Source of the DNA: Bacillota bacterium
GTDB lineage: Bacteria; Bacillota; Dethiobacteria; DTU022
Length of the DNA: 64,000 bases
Direction: 5' to 3'
Assembly (NCBI GenBank): GCA_011389985.1
Contig: JAABTH010000008.1
Span: 43,581-107,580, forward strand
Shown here: one piece after another, positions 46,818 to 56,445 of the stretch
Layout of the letters: each line of letters starts with the position of its first letter
Numbering within the stretch: the stretch's first letter is position 1
Position numbers and translations under genes: made by a program
Notes under the pieces: generated by a model
The model's input: only the letters and a program-made list of their open reading frames with translations
The model's database searches: none
What the model was told of the DNA's origin: nothing

Positions 46818-47552
46818 TCAGATAATAATTTCATGCCCCTCTCTAGCCAGCTCAGCAGCGGAATAATTCTTTGCTGCTTCAACAAGCGTTAGGGCTGGAT
46901 CGCGCTCCGGGTAAAGGTGTGTAAGGATAAGCCTTTTAACCCCCGCTGCAGCAGCAACTTGCGCAGCTTTGGCTGCACTTAAGTGATTGGGCAGACCGGC
47001 ATCGATGTCGGCTTCAAGATAGTTTGCCTCGCACAGAAACAGATCAGCTCCTTCAGCAACAACCTTAAGCCCCTTATGGTACTCTGTATCGCCGGAATAA
47101 ACCAGTACGCCTGAGGGCGACTCTATCCGCATAGAAAAGGCAGGCACTGCATGAATGCCGGCTTTGAACAATATGGTAAATGGCCCTATTTTTAGCTCCC
47201 TGTATTCAGAAATACTCGTTAAATTATAAGCATTTTTATAGGGCAGCCGTCCGAATTCCACTACCGGCTCAGGAGGCGCATATAAAGGAAGAGGTTTATC
47301 GCGCAACCCGCGGTTATAGGCCAATTCAAGGCCGTAGCGCATAATCATTAGATCCGAAATGTGATCTGCATGTAGGTGCGAAAGTATTACGGCATGAAGT
47401 TCCTGGAATGATAAATGTTTTTGTAGGCGGCTTAAAATACCGTTTCCGCAGTCAAGGAGGATATTACATCCTTCTTCACTGACCAGGTAGCCTGAACAGG
47501 CTCCACCCGCCGGTGGATAAGGTCCGTAACAACCCAGAATAGTCAATTTCAT
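46818..47552 (-). CDS. MBL-fold metallo-hydrolase (YhfI/RNase Z-like)
   Basis: ACSGYL, LDCG, SHLHADH, YSGDT, LCEA, LTHL motifs. Confidence 0.9.
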   Translation of the reverse strand: MKLTILGCYGPYPPAGGACSGYLVSEEGCNILLDCGNGILSRLQKHLSFQELHAVILSHLHADHISDLMIMRYGLELAYNRGLRDKPLPLYAPPEPVVEFGRLPYKNAYNLTSISEYRELKIGPFTILFKAGIHAVPAFSMRIESPSGVLVYSGDTEYHKGLKVVAEGADLFLCEANYLEADIDAGLPNHLSAAKAAQVAAAAGVKRLILTHLYPERDPALTLVEAAKNYSAAELAREGHEIII

Positions 47553-47568
47553 TTAAACACACCTCCGC

Positions 47569-49899
47569 TTATTTCTCACTGAGACCAACGGAATATTCAC
47601 TTACTTCTCCCTTTTCAATTCTATCCTTTAAAGCTTCTCTCACTTCACCTTTTGAACTGAAATAAAGGATTTGCCAACCACTTTGACAAATATCCATCAG
47701 CATATTCAACAATAATTTCAAACGGATTGGATCAGCCTTGATAAAGGGGTCATCAAGAATGAAGAAACCCCGGCTTCCTTTAAGCAGCTTCTCACCAAGA
47801 GCCAGGCGAATTGAAAAATAAAGCTGATCATAGGCGCCACCAGATAATTTATATGCATCGAGATTTCTACCATCCGCGGTTACCACTTTAAGTGGATACT
47901 CGCCTCCCTCAAAGCAAACTTCTTTATAGATGCCACCAGTAATTTCATTGAAATAGAAGCTTACAGGACTATCTGCGCCGAACAGTGTTGTTACTTTTTT
48001 TTCCTCTTCTTCCTTTAACTCTTCAAACACGGACAAAGCCAGTTTTGAAGCTGTTAGATTTAAATCCTGCAGTTCTAGCCAACTGCTGAGCTTTTCTGAT
48101 ATTACTTCAAGATCAACTGTAGTCTGGCAAGGCAGGTAATCTTGCAGGTCAAACTGCATCAGTTCATTGAACTCTTTTTCAACGTCACGCAGTTCTTCAA
48201 TCCACTCCTTTTGTTTCTCTTTTAAACTTCCATTTTTTAGTTCATTATCTGTTAATTCTGCTTCAAGGCGGTCAACATCTGTCTGGTTATAATGTAATCC
48301 GGGAGCAGCCTCTCTGTATGAGCTAAGTTCCTCTACTTTGGCCTCCCAATAGGAATAATCAGGTTCAACTCCAGCCTGGTTGTCTGTTCTTTCAAAATGA
48401 CTTTGAAGCAGACTTTGCTGGCTTCTTATTTCACTCTTTAATCTAATGCCTCGCTCAAGATATGTTCTGAATTCATCCAGGGAATCCAGCATCAATTTTT
48501 GCCGGAAGCTGTTGATTTTATCTTTTTCATCACCAATACGCAGAGCGGTTTTTTCCAGTGAATCCCTGATTCGATCGTTTTCTTTCTGAAACCAGCCAAG
48601 TTCTTTTTCAGCCTCATTCAGCTCTTCTGAGGTTTCTGCCTTTAGCCTTTCAAGATTAGTATAAGCCAAATCTATATCATCTAACCTATCAGCGGGAAAA
48701 CCTAGCTTAGCTGCCTCAATAAATATTTCTTTTTCCAGAGCTTTGAGGCGCACCTGTTTACCAATATGACCGAAAAGCAGCCCGGTGCCTGCAGCGGTGA
48801 GTAAAGCCGATATAGTCAGAATAACAAATAACCACCACGCAGGCGAAATTATTGCACCGGTAAGGGCAATAAAGAATAAAGCAATAACTAAAACCATACC
48901 CCGCTTAAAGATAGCATTTTCGGCCAGATTTTCCGAATAGCTACTCTCCCTGTGCAGGTTTTCATTTTCATCAAGCAGTGGTTTGAGTTTTTCTCCTGCT
49001 GTGTTTAATTCGCGCTCATATTTCTTTTTTTTCAAGACCAGATCTTTCTCTAAGATGCGGACAGAAACAAGTTCTTTTTTGACCGCATCAAGGTCTGCTT
49101 CTAATCTTAGTTTTTCCGTATTAAGATGTCCGGTAGCTGATTCAGCTTTCTGCCAGCTATCAAAATCTTCTTGTTTAAATGTACTCAGTCTGGCTTCCTC
49201 TTTTTGGGCCTCTTTTAAACGCTCAAGCGCCATTTGACCTTTTTCATAGAGTTCGCGCCTTGATGCAGCATGATAACTATTTAATTTATCATTTACTGCA
49301 GTCCTTTCTTCATTTAACCGGGCCAACTCTTCTTCAATATGGCTGAATCCTTCTGACTGTAATCTTTCAGATAGAGGGCCAATTTTCTCAAGCAGCGCCT
49401 GAACTCCTGAAAAACGTTCTTTATATTTATAGGGATCTGTATTTTGAAGGCTTCCCTTTGGAGTAATTTTACCGAGTTCGCGAAGCCTGGTCATAATCAT
49501 TTCGATCTCATGCGTACGTATTCCGGTTAATCTTGCAGTCATGGTGCGGTAAAAATCATTTTCCCTGTTTATTGAAAGATCACTGTCACGGATGATAAAT
49601 ATACGTCCGAATTCATTGGCGCTAAAACCGTAAATTTCCGGTATTGTCCCGGCTTCAGGTAATTTAATTTCACCTGAATCTTCAATAATGATGAAACCTT
49701 CAGGATTTTCTTCAACCCTTTTTATCGCTTCAAAACTGGCTAATGCTCCTTTGCCAAATAAAAGTCTGAGCAGAGCGTCAATAGTGAGAGTTTTTCCATC
49801 TTCATTGGGCCCATAAATAAGGTTAAATTTGGCAAGTTTATTACGGCCGCTGTCTGGAAGCGGGCCGTAATGACGGATGGCAAACTCTTTCAGGAACAT
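47569..49899 (-). CDS. YhaN-like SMC/Rad50-type ATPase with coiled coils and a central transmembrane hairpin
   Basis: Walker A GPNEDGKT, signature LSGGAYDQL, Walker B FILDDPF; two hydrophobic helices in the middle of the coiled coil. Confidence 0.85.
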   Translation of the reverse strand: MFLKEFAIRHYGPLPDSGRNKLAKFNLIYGPNEDGKTLTIDALLRLLFGKGALASFEAIKRVEENPEGFIIIEDSGEIKLPEAGTIPEIYGFSANEFGRIFIIRDSDLSINRENDFYRTMTARLTGIRTHEIEMIMTRLRELGKITPKGSLQNTDPYKYKERFSGVQALLEKIGPLSERLQSEGFSHIEEELARLNEERTAVNDKLNSYHAASRRELYEKGQMALERLKEAQKEEARLSTFKQEDFDSWQKAESATGHLNTEKLRLEADLDAVKKELVSVRILEKDLVLKKKKYERELNTAGEKLKPLLDENENLHRESSYSENLAENAIFKRGMVLVIALFFIALTGAIISPAWWLFVILTISALLTAAGTGLLFGHIGKQVRLKALEKEIFIEAAKLGFPADRLDDIDLAYTNLERLKAETSEELNEAEKELGWFQKENDRIRDSLEKTALRIGDEKDKINSFRQKLMLDSLDEFRTYLERGIRLKSEIRSQQSLLQSHFERTDNQAGVEPDYSYWEAKVEELSSYREAAPGLHYNQTDVDRLEAELTDNELKNGSLKEKQKEWIEELRDVEKEFNELMQFDLQDYLPCQTTVDLEVISEKLSSWLELQDLNLTASKLALSVFEELKEEEEKKVTTLFGADSPVSFYFNEITGGIYKEVCFEGGEYPLKVVTADGRNLDAYKLSGGAYDQLYFSIRLALGEKLLKGSRGFFILDDPFIKADPIRLKLLLNMLMDICQSGWQILYFSSKGEVREALKDRIEKGEVSEYSVGLSEK

Positions 49900-50960
49900 G
49901 CTTTCACCACCCTAAAAGCTTCTAGAGCAAGCTCAAGAGCTTTCTTTTTATATTCGTGAGTGCTCTCAGATTCTTCAAGCTTACCTAAAAACTTTTTAAA
50001 AAGATCGTCTTCCAGAACAAGCTTTACGTCGGCAAATTCTTCATTAAGCTCAGTAATTAAACTTTCTTTGGCCAATTCACGAAGACCGCGGGCAATATCA
50101 CTTTCAGTAAGGTTTAGAGCATTTCCGTTAAATAGCCCCCTGACTGTAAGGATTATCCCTGCAGCATGGTGCATGTTTTTTAGTTTATCTTCTGTCAGTT
50201 TCAGGGGATCGTCTGTGCCAAAGGGCTCGAGATCAATTACCAATTCTTCGTAATGAAAGCTGTCAAGGAGCACCTCAAAGGGTCCGGCTTCAGTGTTAAG
50301 CAGGTTAACAGCTCTGCGCCCAATTTCACGCCTGGTAATTGCTGCCGGCGAGCCGGAATAGATAAACCGACCGCCTCCCGGCAGGGGCCAATCTGCATAG
50401 CGTGAATGAAAATGTCCGGCTAAAACATATTTTACCGGCAGACATTCAAAATATGACAGCCTGACAGGCATATAACGCTGGTCACCCTCATCACCCATTT
50501 CCCGACGCGAAAAAAAAGCATCAAGAAGCTCACCATGGTACAGCAAAATATTATATTCGTCCGGGTTCATTCGCGAACCCAACTCGCGCAAACGCCCGAC
50601 TAAACGTTCTCCTTCGATCTTTTCATAAGGAAGCCCCCAGATTGCAGTACCTTCTACCCACAACGGTTCTGAACTGTCAGTAATTACTGTAACTTTATCG
50701 CCAAAATAGAGTCCGTCACGGTAAGCTTGATAATCATGGTTGCCGGGTAAAATAGCAGTTTTAAAAACTGCGCTGCCGAACATTTCACGAAGCTTTGGCC
50801 TGAGTTTTTCGGCATCCACATTCTGGTCAAAAAGATCACCGCTTATTAACAGCAGATCGGCTTTATTATCAGAGGCAAGTTCTAGAACCTGACCTAGCGC
50901 ATCCCAGCGTTCCGCTGCTTTTTCTGAAAGGTGCAGATCTGCTGTATGAACAATAATCAT
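49890..50960 (-). CDS. YhaO/SbcD/Mre11-like metallophosphoesterase (DNA repair exonuclease)
   Basis: HTADLH, GDLFD, PGNHD, HG, GHFH, YSGSP motifs; overlaps the SMC-like ATPase gene. Confidence 0.88.
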   Translation of the reverse strand: MIIVHTADLHLSEKAAERWDALGQVLELASDNKADLLLISGDLFDQNVDAEKLRPKLREMFGSAVFKTAILPGNHDYQAYRDGLYFGDKVTVITDSSEPLWVEGTAIWGLPYEKIEGERLVGRLRELGSRMNPDEYNILLYHGELLDAFFSRREMGDEGDQRYMPVRLSYFECLPVKYVLAGHFHSRYADWPLPGGGRFIYSGSPAAITRREIGRRAVNLLNTEAGPFEVLLDSFHYEELVIDLEPFGTDDPLKLTEDKLKNMHHAAGIILTVRGLFNGNALNLTESDIARGLRELAKESLITELNEEFADVKLVLEDDLFKKFLGKLEESESTHEYKKKALELALEAFRVVKACS

Positions 50961-53089
50961 TTTTTAACCTCCTGCCTGGCAGCCGCAGAAATAGCAACAT
51001 AGTTAACGCCTTCATAATTTAGCACATCGTGATAATCATCATTTACCTTATATTTCGAATACCCTTCCGGTACAGCCAGGTAAACAACTGTATCGGGAGA
51101 AGCATGTTCATGCAGTTTGATTATGAGACCTTCAAATACAGAGATAATTTTGCTAACCTGGGCACCCGGAAACACATGACCGGATGCTCCCAGCAGATAA
51201 GCTTCCCTGCCGGCATATGGATTAGAGTGGTGTAAACAAATGCTCTGATGTGGTTCAAGCTCAATATTTGTACCTGCCCTGACCAAAAATAAGTCCCTGT
51301 TAAACCAAAGACCGTCCGGCAGCTTTACTGTACGTTTTTTCCCTGAAAGATTAGCATAAACAATATAGTTCTTTTCTTCTATCCGAAACTCGAAATGATA
51401 GAGTTGATTATAGCTGTCTTGACCTGTAACCTCAGGTTCCAGCAGGGGATAAGATGTGCGCAGTTGTCGCTGCTGAAGGGAAGTCAACTGACTTAACTGA
51501 TCGGAAAAAAAGAGCAGGCCGCCCAACAGGTTATTCAATAATAAAAGTGTCTGCCGCTGATGATCATTAAGGCGGTTTTCATTAAGGCCCCTGACACCAT
51601 CTCTGAGCATAAAAACATCAGGATCATTACGAAACATTTTACAATCAAGATGTCGGCGGCCAATTGTACTTGTCAGAGAGTTTTCAGCAGAGACTCTTTC
51701 CGGATAATTGATATATTTAAGATAGTCGTCCCAGTACGAACCAACATCGCTGCCAATTCGGCAATAATCGAAGCGACCGAAAGCAGGCCCCAGCGGTACG
51801 CCACAACCGAGGGTAGCAGAGTCTGCGGTTTCACGATCTATAAAATCAATAACTTCAGTCATTATTTCTCCTCTTGATTTACCATACCCGGGAACAAGTG
51901 CGGCGGCATAAAGAAAATCAAGTTTAAGCATGCTGTAACCCCATTCATTCTGTACTCTTTCGAAAACTGAACTTAGATAATCCTGAACCCCTGGAGCATA
52001 ATAATCAAGGGCATAGAAAAAACCGCTCCAACTAGGGTTATAACCGGCTTTCACCGGTGTCCCCCTGGAATCACGAAGCAGCCAGTCGGGATGATTCTTA
52101 CAAATATCTGATGACGGGACACAAACCATAGGGGCAAGCCATAGTCCGGGTCTGAAGCCGGATGCTTTAATCTCCCGACATATTTGTTTCATTCCTGAAG
52201 AAAATTTTATGTTGGCTTCAAGCCAGTCACCTGTGACCTTCTGCCAGCCGTCATCTACCTGAAAACAGCTTATCGGCAAATTGCTTTCAGCCAATTCATT
52301 CAGGTTTGTACGGATTATATCCTCTGTTATATTGTTATGGTAATTGTACCAACTGCACCAGCCACTATTTTTTTTAGCTATAGAACGGGTTGAATCAAAC
52401 GAATTGGCATACTCATTCATCAGGGTATTAAGATCGCCAAAACCAAAATAGAGGTTGTAAAGGCTATGTCCTGTTAATGCAGAAGCACCAAGACATTCTT
52501 TTCGTATGATCAGCTTATCGGAGTTGTATTCGTATTCAAAAACTGTATATCCGCTTTTTTCATCAAGTGACCCAATAAAAAAAACCTGATCATCGAGAAA
52601 ACGAAAATAAGTATATGACCAGGAATGAAAATTTCCGTATCCACCTTTAAAATTGTAAATTGCACTATCGCCATAATCAGCCACCAACGGTTTTGCTAAA
52701 GGAAACAGTGGAATATGGCGGTCGTTTGAACCCATCTCTTCGCTGCGGCTCCATGATTGAAAGCCATTAACCATCATCTTGCAGTCATTTGGAAAAGCGG
52801 TTTGAATCTCAAGGCTCGAATCAATCAATTCTAGTGGGTTTTGATGCTGCATAAGTTCCAGGTTCAGTTTCAGAGCACTTCCATAATTATAGCTATTTAA
52901 GCTTTCCATGTTCACCAGCACATTTGGTGATAAACCACCCGGCAATTGAAACCTCTTCTTGCGCCTTTCGAATTTATAGGTAAGTAAAAATTTTTTAAAA
53001 ACGGGTTCGTTCTTAACCTTTATACCGCTGGTATCAGGGTTAAGAAGTGAGAAAAAATTATTTTTTATTCTTTTTAAAAAGCTGATCAC
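50957..53089 (-). CDS. Alpha-galactosidase-like glycoside hydrolase (GH36)
   Basis: NGFQSWS, GWCSWYNY, QVDDGWQ, GLWLAP, LKLDF (nucleophile), RIGSDV (acid/base), NDPD motifs. Start uncertain. Confidence 0.85.
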   Translation of the reverse strand: MISFLKRIKNNFFSLLNPDTSGIKVKNEPVFKKFLLTYKFERRKKRFQLPGGLSPNVLVNMESLNSYNYGSALKLNLELMQHQNPLELIDSSLEIQTAFPNDCKMMVNGFQSWSRSEEMGSNDRHIPLFPLAKPLVADYGDSAIYNFKGGYGNFHSWSYTYFRFLDDQVFFIGSLDEKSGYTVFEYEYNSDKLIIRKECLGASALTGHSLYNLYFGFGDLNTLMNEYANSFDSTRSIAKKNSGWCSWYNYHNNITEDIIRTNLNELAESNLPISCFQVDDGWQKVTGDWLEANIKFSSGMKQICREIKASGFRPGLWLAPMVCVPSSDICKNHPDWLLRDSRGTPVKAGYNPSWSGFFYALDYYAPGVQDYLSSVFERVQNEWGYSMLKLDFLYAAALVPGYGKSRGEIMTEVIDFIDRETADSATLGCGVPLGPAFGRFDYCRIGSDVGSYWDDYLKYINYPERVSAENSLTSTIGRRHLDCKMFRNDPDVFMLRDGVRGLNENRLNDHQRQTLLLLNNLLGGLLFFSDQLSQLTSLQQRQLRTSYPLLEPEVTGQDSYNQLYHFEFRIEEKNYIVYANLSGKKRTVKLPDGLWFNRDLFLVRAGTNIELEPHQSICLHHSNPYAGREAYLLGASGHVFPGAQVSKIISVFEGLIIKLHEHASPDTVVYLAVPEGYSKYKVNDDYHDVLNYEGVNYVAISAAARQEVKK

Positions 53090-53558
53090 CCCACAATGAA
53101 ACGGCCACGAGCATTAAGCCAAAAGCAAATATTGCGTAGGCACTTAGTCTGAAGCGATCTATAGCGGTCTGTATATACATTTCTGTGGTCGGCCCGGTGA
53201 AAAGGAAAATATGATCTCTTGAAAATGCTAACGTTACAGCGAGCAATATTGTAATAGCTATCGATAAAACCCCCGGCCCGATAAATCCTCTGAAGCTGTG
53301 ATCAATAAAATACAGGAAGATAAGCATGAAACCAAGAGATGCGAGGCAAACCCAAAACAGGTTATGAATAATCAGCGGTAGAAGATCGCCCTGAAAAGCA
53401 ACCATATCCCTCTGAAAACCGGTTGCCTCAGTGATTATAAGACTTACAGTATCCTGTGCTTTCACCCCAAACAAAGAAGTAGTAAGAAAGGTAAGTAGAA
53501 TTACTATTGAAAAGAAAAAGCCGATCACAATTTTAGAAGCGAGTCGCAAGCTGTGCAA
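53058..53558 (-). CDS. Hypothetical four-TM membrane protein
   Basis: 166 aa with four hydrophobic segments; SD GGGGGTGA before TTG. Confidence 0.7.
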   Translation of the reverse strand: MHSLRLASKIVIGFFFSIVILLTFLTTSLFGVKAQDTVSLIITEATGFQRDMVAFQGDLLPLIIHNLFWVCLASLGFMLIFLYFIDHSFRGFIGPGVLSIAITILLAVTLAFSRDHIFLFTGPTTEMYIQTAIDRFRLSAYAIFAFGLMLVAVSLWGDQLFKKNKK

Positions 53559-53608
53559 AATTAATCACCCCCAGAAACTTAATGCATAATTTGCAATTAA
53601 CCTTAATA

Positions 53609-53634
53609 ATTCGACCGCAAATATAAATTATCCT
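53609..53634 (-). promoter_or_regulatory. Putative sigma-H promoter of the membrane protein/GH36/yhaON operon
   Basis: GCAGGA-18 nt-GAAT (GTCGAAT). Confidence 0.55.
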
Positions 53635-53679
53635 GCCTGCTTAAGGCAGTTAACAAGAATATATGTATGAGCTTCCGAA

Positions 53680-55011
53680 TTAATCTTTTATCCAGGCTGA
53701 AACCTGCGAATCAGGGCATATAATCGTCTGAGAGCGGTCCGGTCCGACAGAAACGAGATCTACCCCGACACCTACAGTATCTTCAATTGCATTGACAAAA
53801 TTTCTTGCTGCTTCAGGCAGATCTTCCAGACTACGGGCCATGGAAATATCTTCATCCCAACCGGGAAATGATTCATAAACAGGTTCACAATGATCCAAAT
53901 CATCAATGCTAACCGGGAAATTATCAGTGACCTCACCCCGGCAACGATAAGCAACCGCCAGATTTACTATTTCCATGCCGCTAAGAACATCAAGCTTTGT
54001 TACTGCCAGACCGGTCAGACCGTTTATACGTGAAGCATACTTGGCTATTACCGCATCAAACCAGCCGCAGCGGCGTGGCCTTCCTGTTGTCGTTCCAAAT
54101 TCGTTTCCACGCTGCCTTAACTGATCACCGGCTTCTTCCTTATCTTCCGACGGAAAAGGCCCACTGCCGACCCTGGTAGTGTAAGCTTTTAAAACCCCCA
54201 GCACCCTGTTTACGTAACCGGGGCCGATACCGGTACCGCTGGAAGCTGCCGCTGAAACAGTCGATGATGAAGTTACGAAGGGATATGTGCCATGATCAAT
54301 ATCAAGCAGGGCGCCCTGGGCTCCTTCAAAAAGAACTTTTTTACCCTCGGCAAACTGGTTATATAAAAGCAAGTCAGTATCTGTTACAAGAGGTCCCAGT
54401 CTTTCAAGAGCCGGCCTGTATAGTTCAAGCAATTCCTCAAGCCTGTATGCATCAGAACTATATACTTCTTTTAATATTCGATTCTGTAAAGGAAGTATAT
54501 CGGTAAGATGATCTTTAAACCGGTTAAAATCGGTTAATTCCACAGCCCTGATACCACGCCGTAATACTTTATCGGCATAAGCCGGCCCTATACCCCTGCC
54601 GGTTGTACCAATTTTGTTTTCGCCCAGCATTTTTTCACCTGCTTCATCAAGCGCCTGATGATAAGCCATAATTAGATGAGCTTTATTACTGATGCGTAAG
54701 CTTGATGTATCTATGCCCCGCTTTTCCAAATCATCGAGTTCCCTAACCAGAACCAGCGGGTTTATAACCATACCATTACCCAACAGGCAGAGCGTTCCGG
54801 GATTAAGTATTCCGGAAGGGACATGATGCAGTTTAAAGACATTCGCCCCATAAACTACAGTATGCCCGGCATTGTCACCACCCTGGAAACGTGAAACACA
54901 ATCGGCCTCTGATGACAGGTAATCAATAACTTTACCTTTACCTTCGTCTCCCCATTGAGCTCCGACTATAACCATACTGTTAGTATTCAGCACACCGGCA
55001 CCACCAATCAT
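53680..55011 (-). CDS. purA: Adenylosuccinate synthetase
   Basis: GAQWGDEGKGK, NAGHT, IGTTGRGIGPAY, EGAQG, GTTTGRPRRCGW motifs. Confidence 0.97.
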   Translation of the reverse strand: MIGGAGVLNTNSMVIVGAQWGDEGKGKVIDYLSSEADCVSRFQGGDNAGHTVVYGANVFKLHHVPSGILNPGTLCLLGNGMVINPLVLVRELDDLEKRGIDTSSLRISNKAHLIMAYHQALDEAGEKMLGENKIGTTGRGIGPAYADKVLRRGIRAVELTDFNRFKDHLTDILPLQNRILKEVYSSDAYRLEELLELYRPALERLGPLVTDTDLLLYNQFAEGKKVLFEGAQGALLDIDHGTYPFVTSSSTVSAAASSGTGIGPGYVNRVLGVLKAYTTRVGSGPFPSEDKEEAGDQLRQRGNEFGTTTGRPRRCGWFDAVIAKYASRINGLTGLAVTKLDVLSGMEIVNLAVAYRCRGEVTDNFPVSIDDLDHCEPVYESFPGWDEDISMARSLEDLPEAARNFVNAIEDTVGVGVDLVSVGPDRSQTIICPDSQVSAWIKD

Positions 55012-56444
55012 TTATTTATTTGTTCCCTGAAGAGCTTATTAAGTTCCGCTGGATCAGCCCTGCCACCGGTCAGGCCCATAACCTTCCCGACCAGAAAGCC
55101 CATTGCCTTCTCTTTTCCACTGCGAATATTGTCAACGGCATCAGGATTCTCAACAATAACTTTCTCTACCAGCGGCATCAATTTATCCCTGCCTGATATT
55201 CGGCCAAGTCCTTTTTCTCTGACAAGATCAGCCGGCGTTGAACCGGTTTTGATCATTTCTGTTAATAACTCTTTGGCGACAGGCCGGTTAATTTCTCCCC
55301 TGTCTAAAAGCTCAAGAAGCTCTACAATCAATTCAGGCTTAAACTTTTCAATTTTTACTTCATTCTCACGCAGTTGAAAAAGCAGATCTCCCTGAATCCA
55401 TTTAGCCAGGCTTGAATGATTATTATATAATTGTGCTGCTTTCTCGAAAAAACTCCCCAGTTTCATATTTTCGATAAATAATTCAGCTTCTTTATCTTCC
55501 AGGCGATACTGTTCAATTAGGCGTGAACGTCGTTTCAATGGAGTTTCCGGCAATGCCTCAGCCAGATTTTCAATAAATGAATCTTCAAGAATCAGCGGCA
55601 GCAGATCAGGCTCAGGAAAGTAGCGATAATCAGAGGACCCTTCTTTTCCACGAATAGGAACTGTTTCCCTTTTTTCCTCATTCCAGTGACAAGTCTCCTG
55701 AATTATTTTACCCCCTGCAGAAAGAATCGCTTCCTGCCGTTTTGTTTCATAACTTAAAGCCAATTCCACTGCTTTGAAGGAATTCATATTCTTGACTTCT
55801 GCTTTTGTTCCCAGGACTTTCGAACCAACCGGGCGAAGCGAAATATTGGCATCGCAACGAAGAGATCCTTCTTCCATTTTACAATCAGAAACACCACTGT
55901 ACAGCATAAGAAGACGTAAATTTTCAAGAAAAATCCTTGCTTCCTTTCCGCTATTGATATCCGGAGCCGTAACAATTTCAAGAAGAGGTATGCCTGCCCT
56001 GTTGTAATCTACCAGCGAATAATCGGAGTCCATGATTGAGTCACCGGCATGAATCAGTTTGCCTGCTTCTTCTTCGAGGTGAACTCTTTCCAGGCTTACC
56101 TTTCGGTTCAACTGATCCAATTCGATTTCCAGAAATCCTCCCCTGGCCAGAGGTTGATCAAACTGCGATATCTGGTAAGCCTTCGGCAGGTCAGGGTAAA
56201 AATAATTTTTGCGATCGAAACGGCTTTTCCCCTGAACATTACTGTTTAGAACCAGGGCAGCTGTGACTGCAAGTTCAATAGCCCTTCGATTAAAAACGGG
56301 CAGGCTGCCGGGCAGGCCGAGACATACAGGACAACAATTTGTATTAGGTTCGCGGCCAAAAGTTGTGCTGCAGCCGCAAAAAAGTTTTGAACGTGTCTGC
56401 AGTTCCAGGTGTATTTCAAGACCGATAACTACTTCATATTTCAT
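55008..56444 (-). CDS. gatB: Asp/Glu-tRNA amidotransferase subunit B
   Basis: IGLEIH, FDRKNYFYPDLPK, HLEEEAGK, GSLRCDANIS, DYRYFPEPDL motifs. Confidence 0.97.
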   Translation of the reverse strand: MKYEVVIGLEIHLELQTRSKLFCGCSTTFGREPNTNCCPVCLGLPGSLPVFNRRAIELAVTAALVLNSNVQGKSRFDRKNYFYPDLPKAYQISQFDQPLARGGFLEIELDQLNRKVSLERVHLEEEAGKLIHAGDSIMDSDYSLVDYNRAGIPLLEIVTAPDINSGKEARIFLENLRLLMLYSGVSDCKMEEGSLRCDANISLRPVGSKVLGTKAEVKNMNSFKAVELALSYETKRQEAILSAGGKIIQETCHWNEEKRETVPIRGKEGSSDYRYFPEPDLLPLILEDSFIENLAEALPETPLKRRSRLIEQYRLEDKEAELFIENMKLGSFFEKAAQLYNNHSSLAKWIQGDLLFQLRENEVKIEKFKPELIVELLELLDRGEINRPVAKELLTEMIKTGSTPADLVREKGLGRISGRDKLMPLVEKVIVENPDAVDNIRSGKEKAMGFLVGKVMGLTGGRADPAELNKLFREQINK

Positions 56445-56445
56445 C

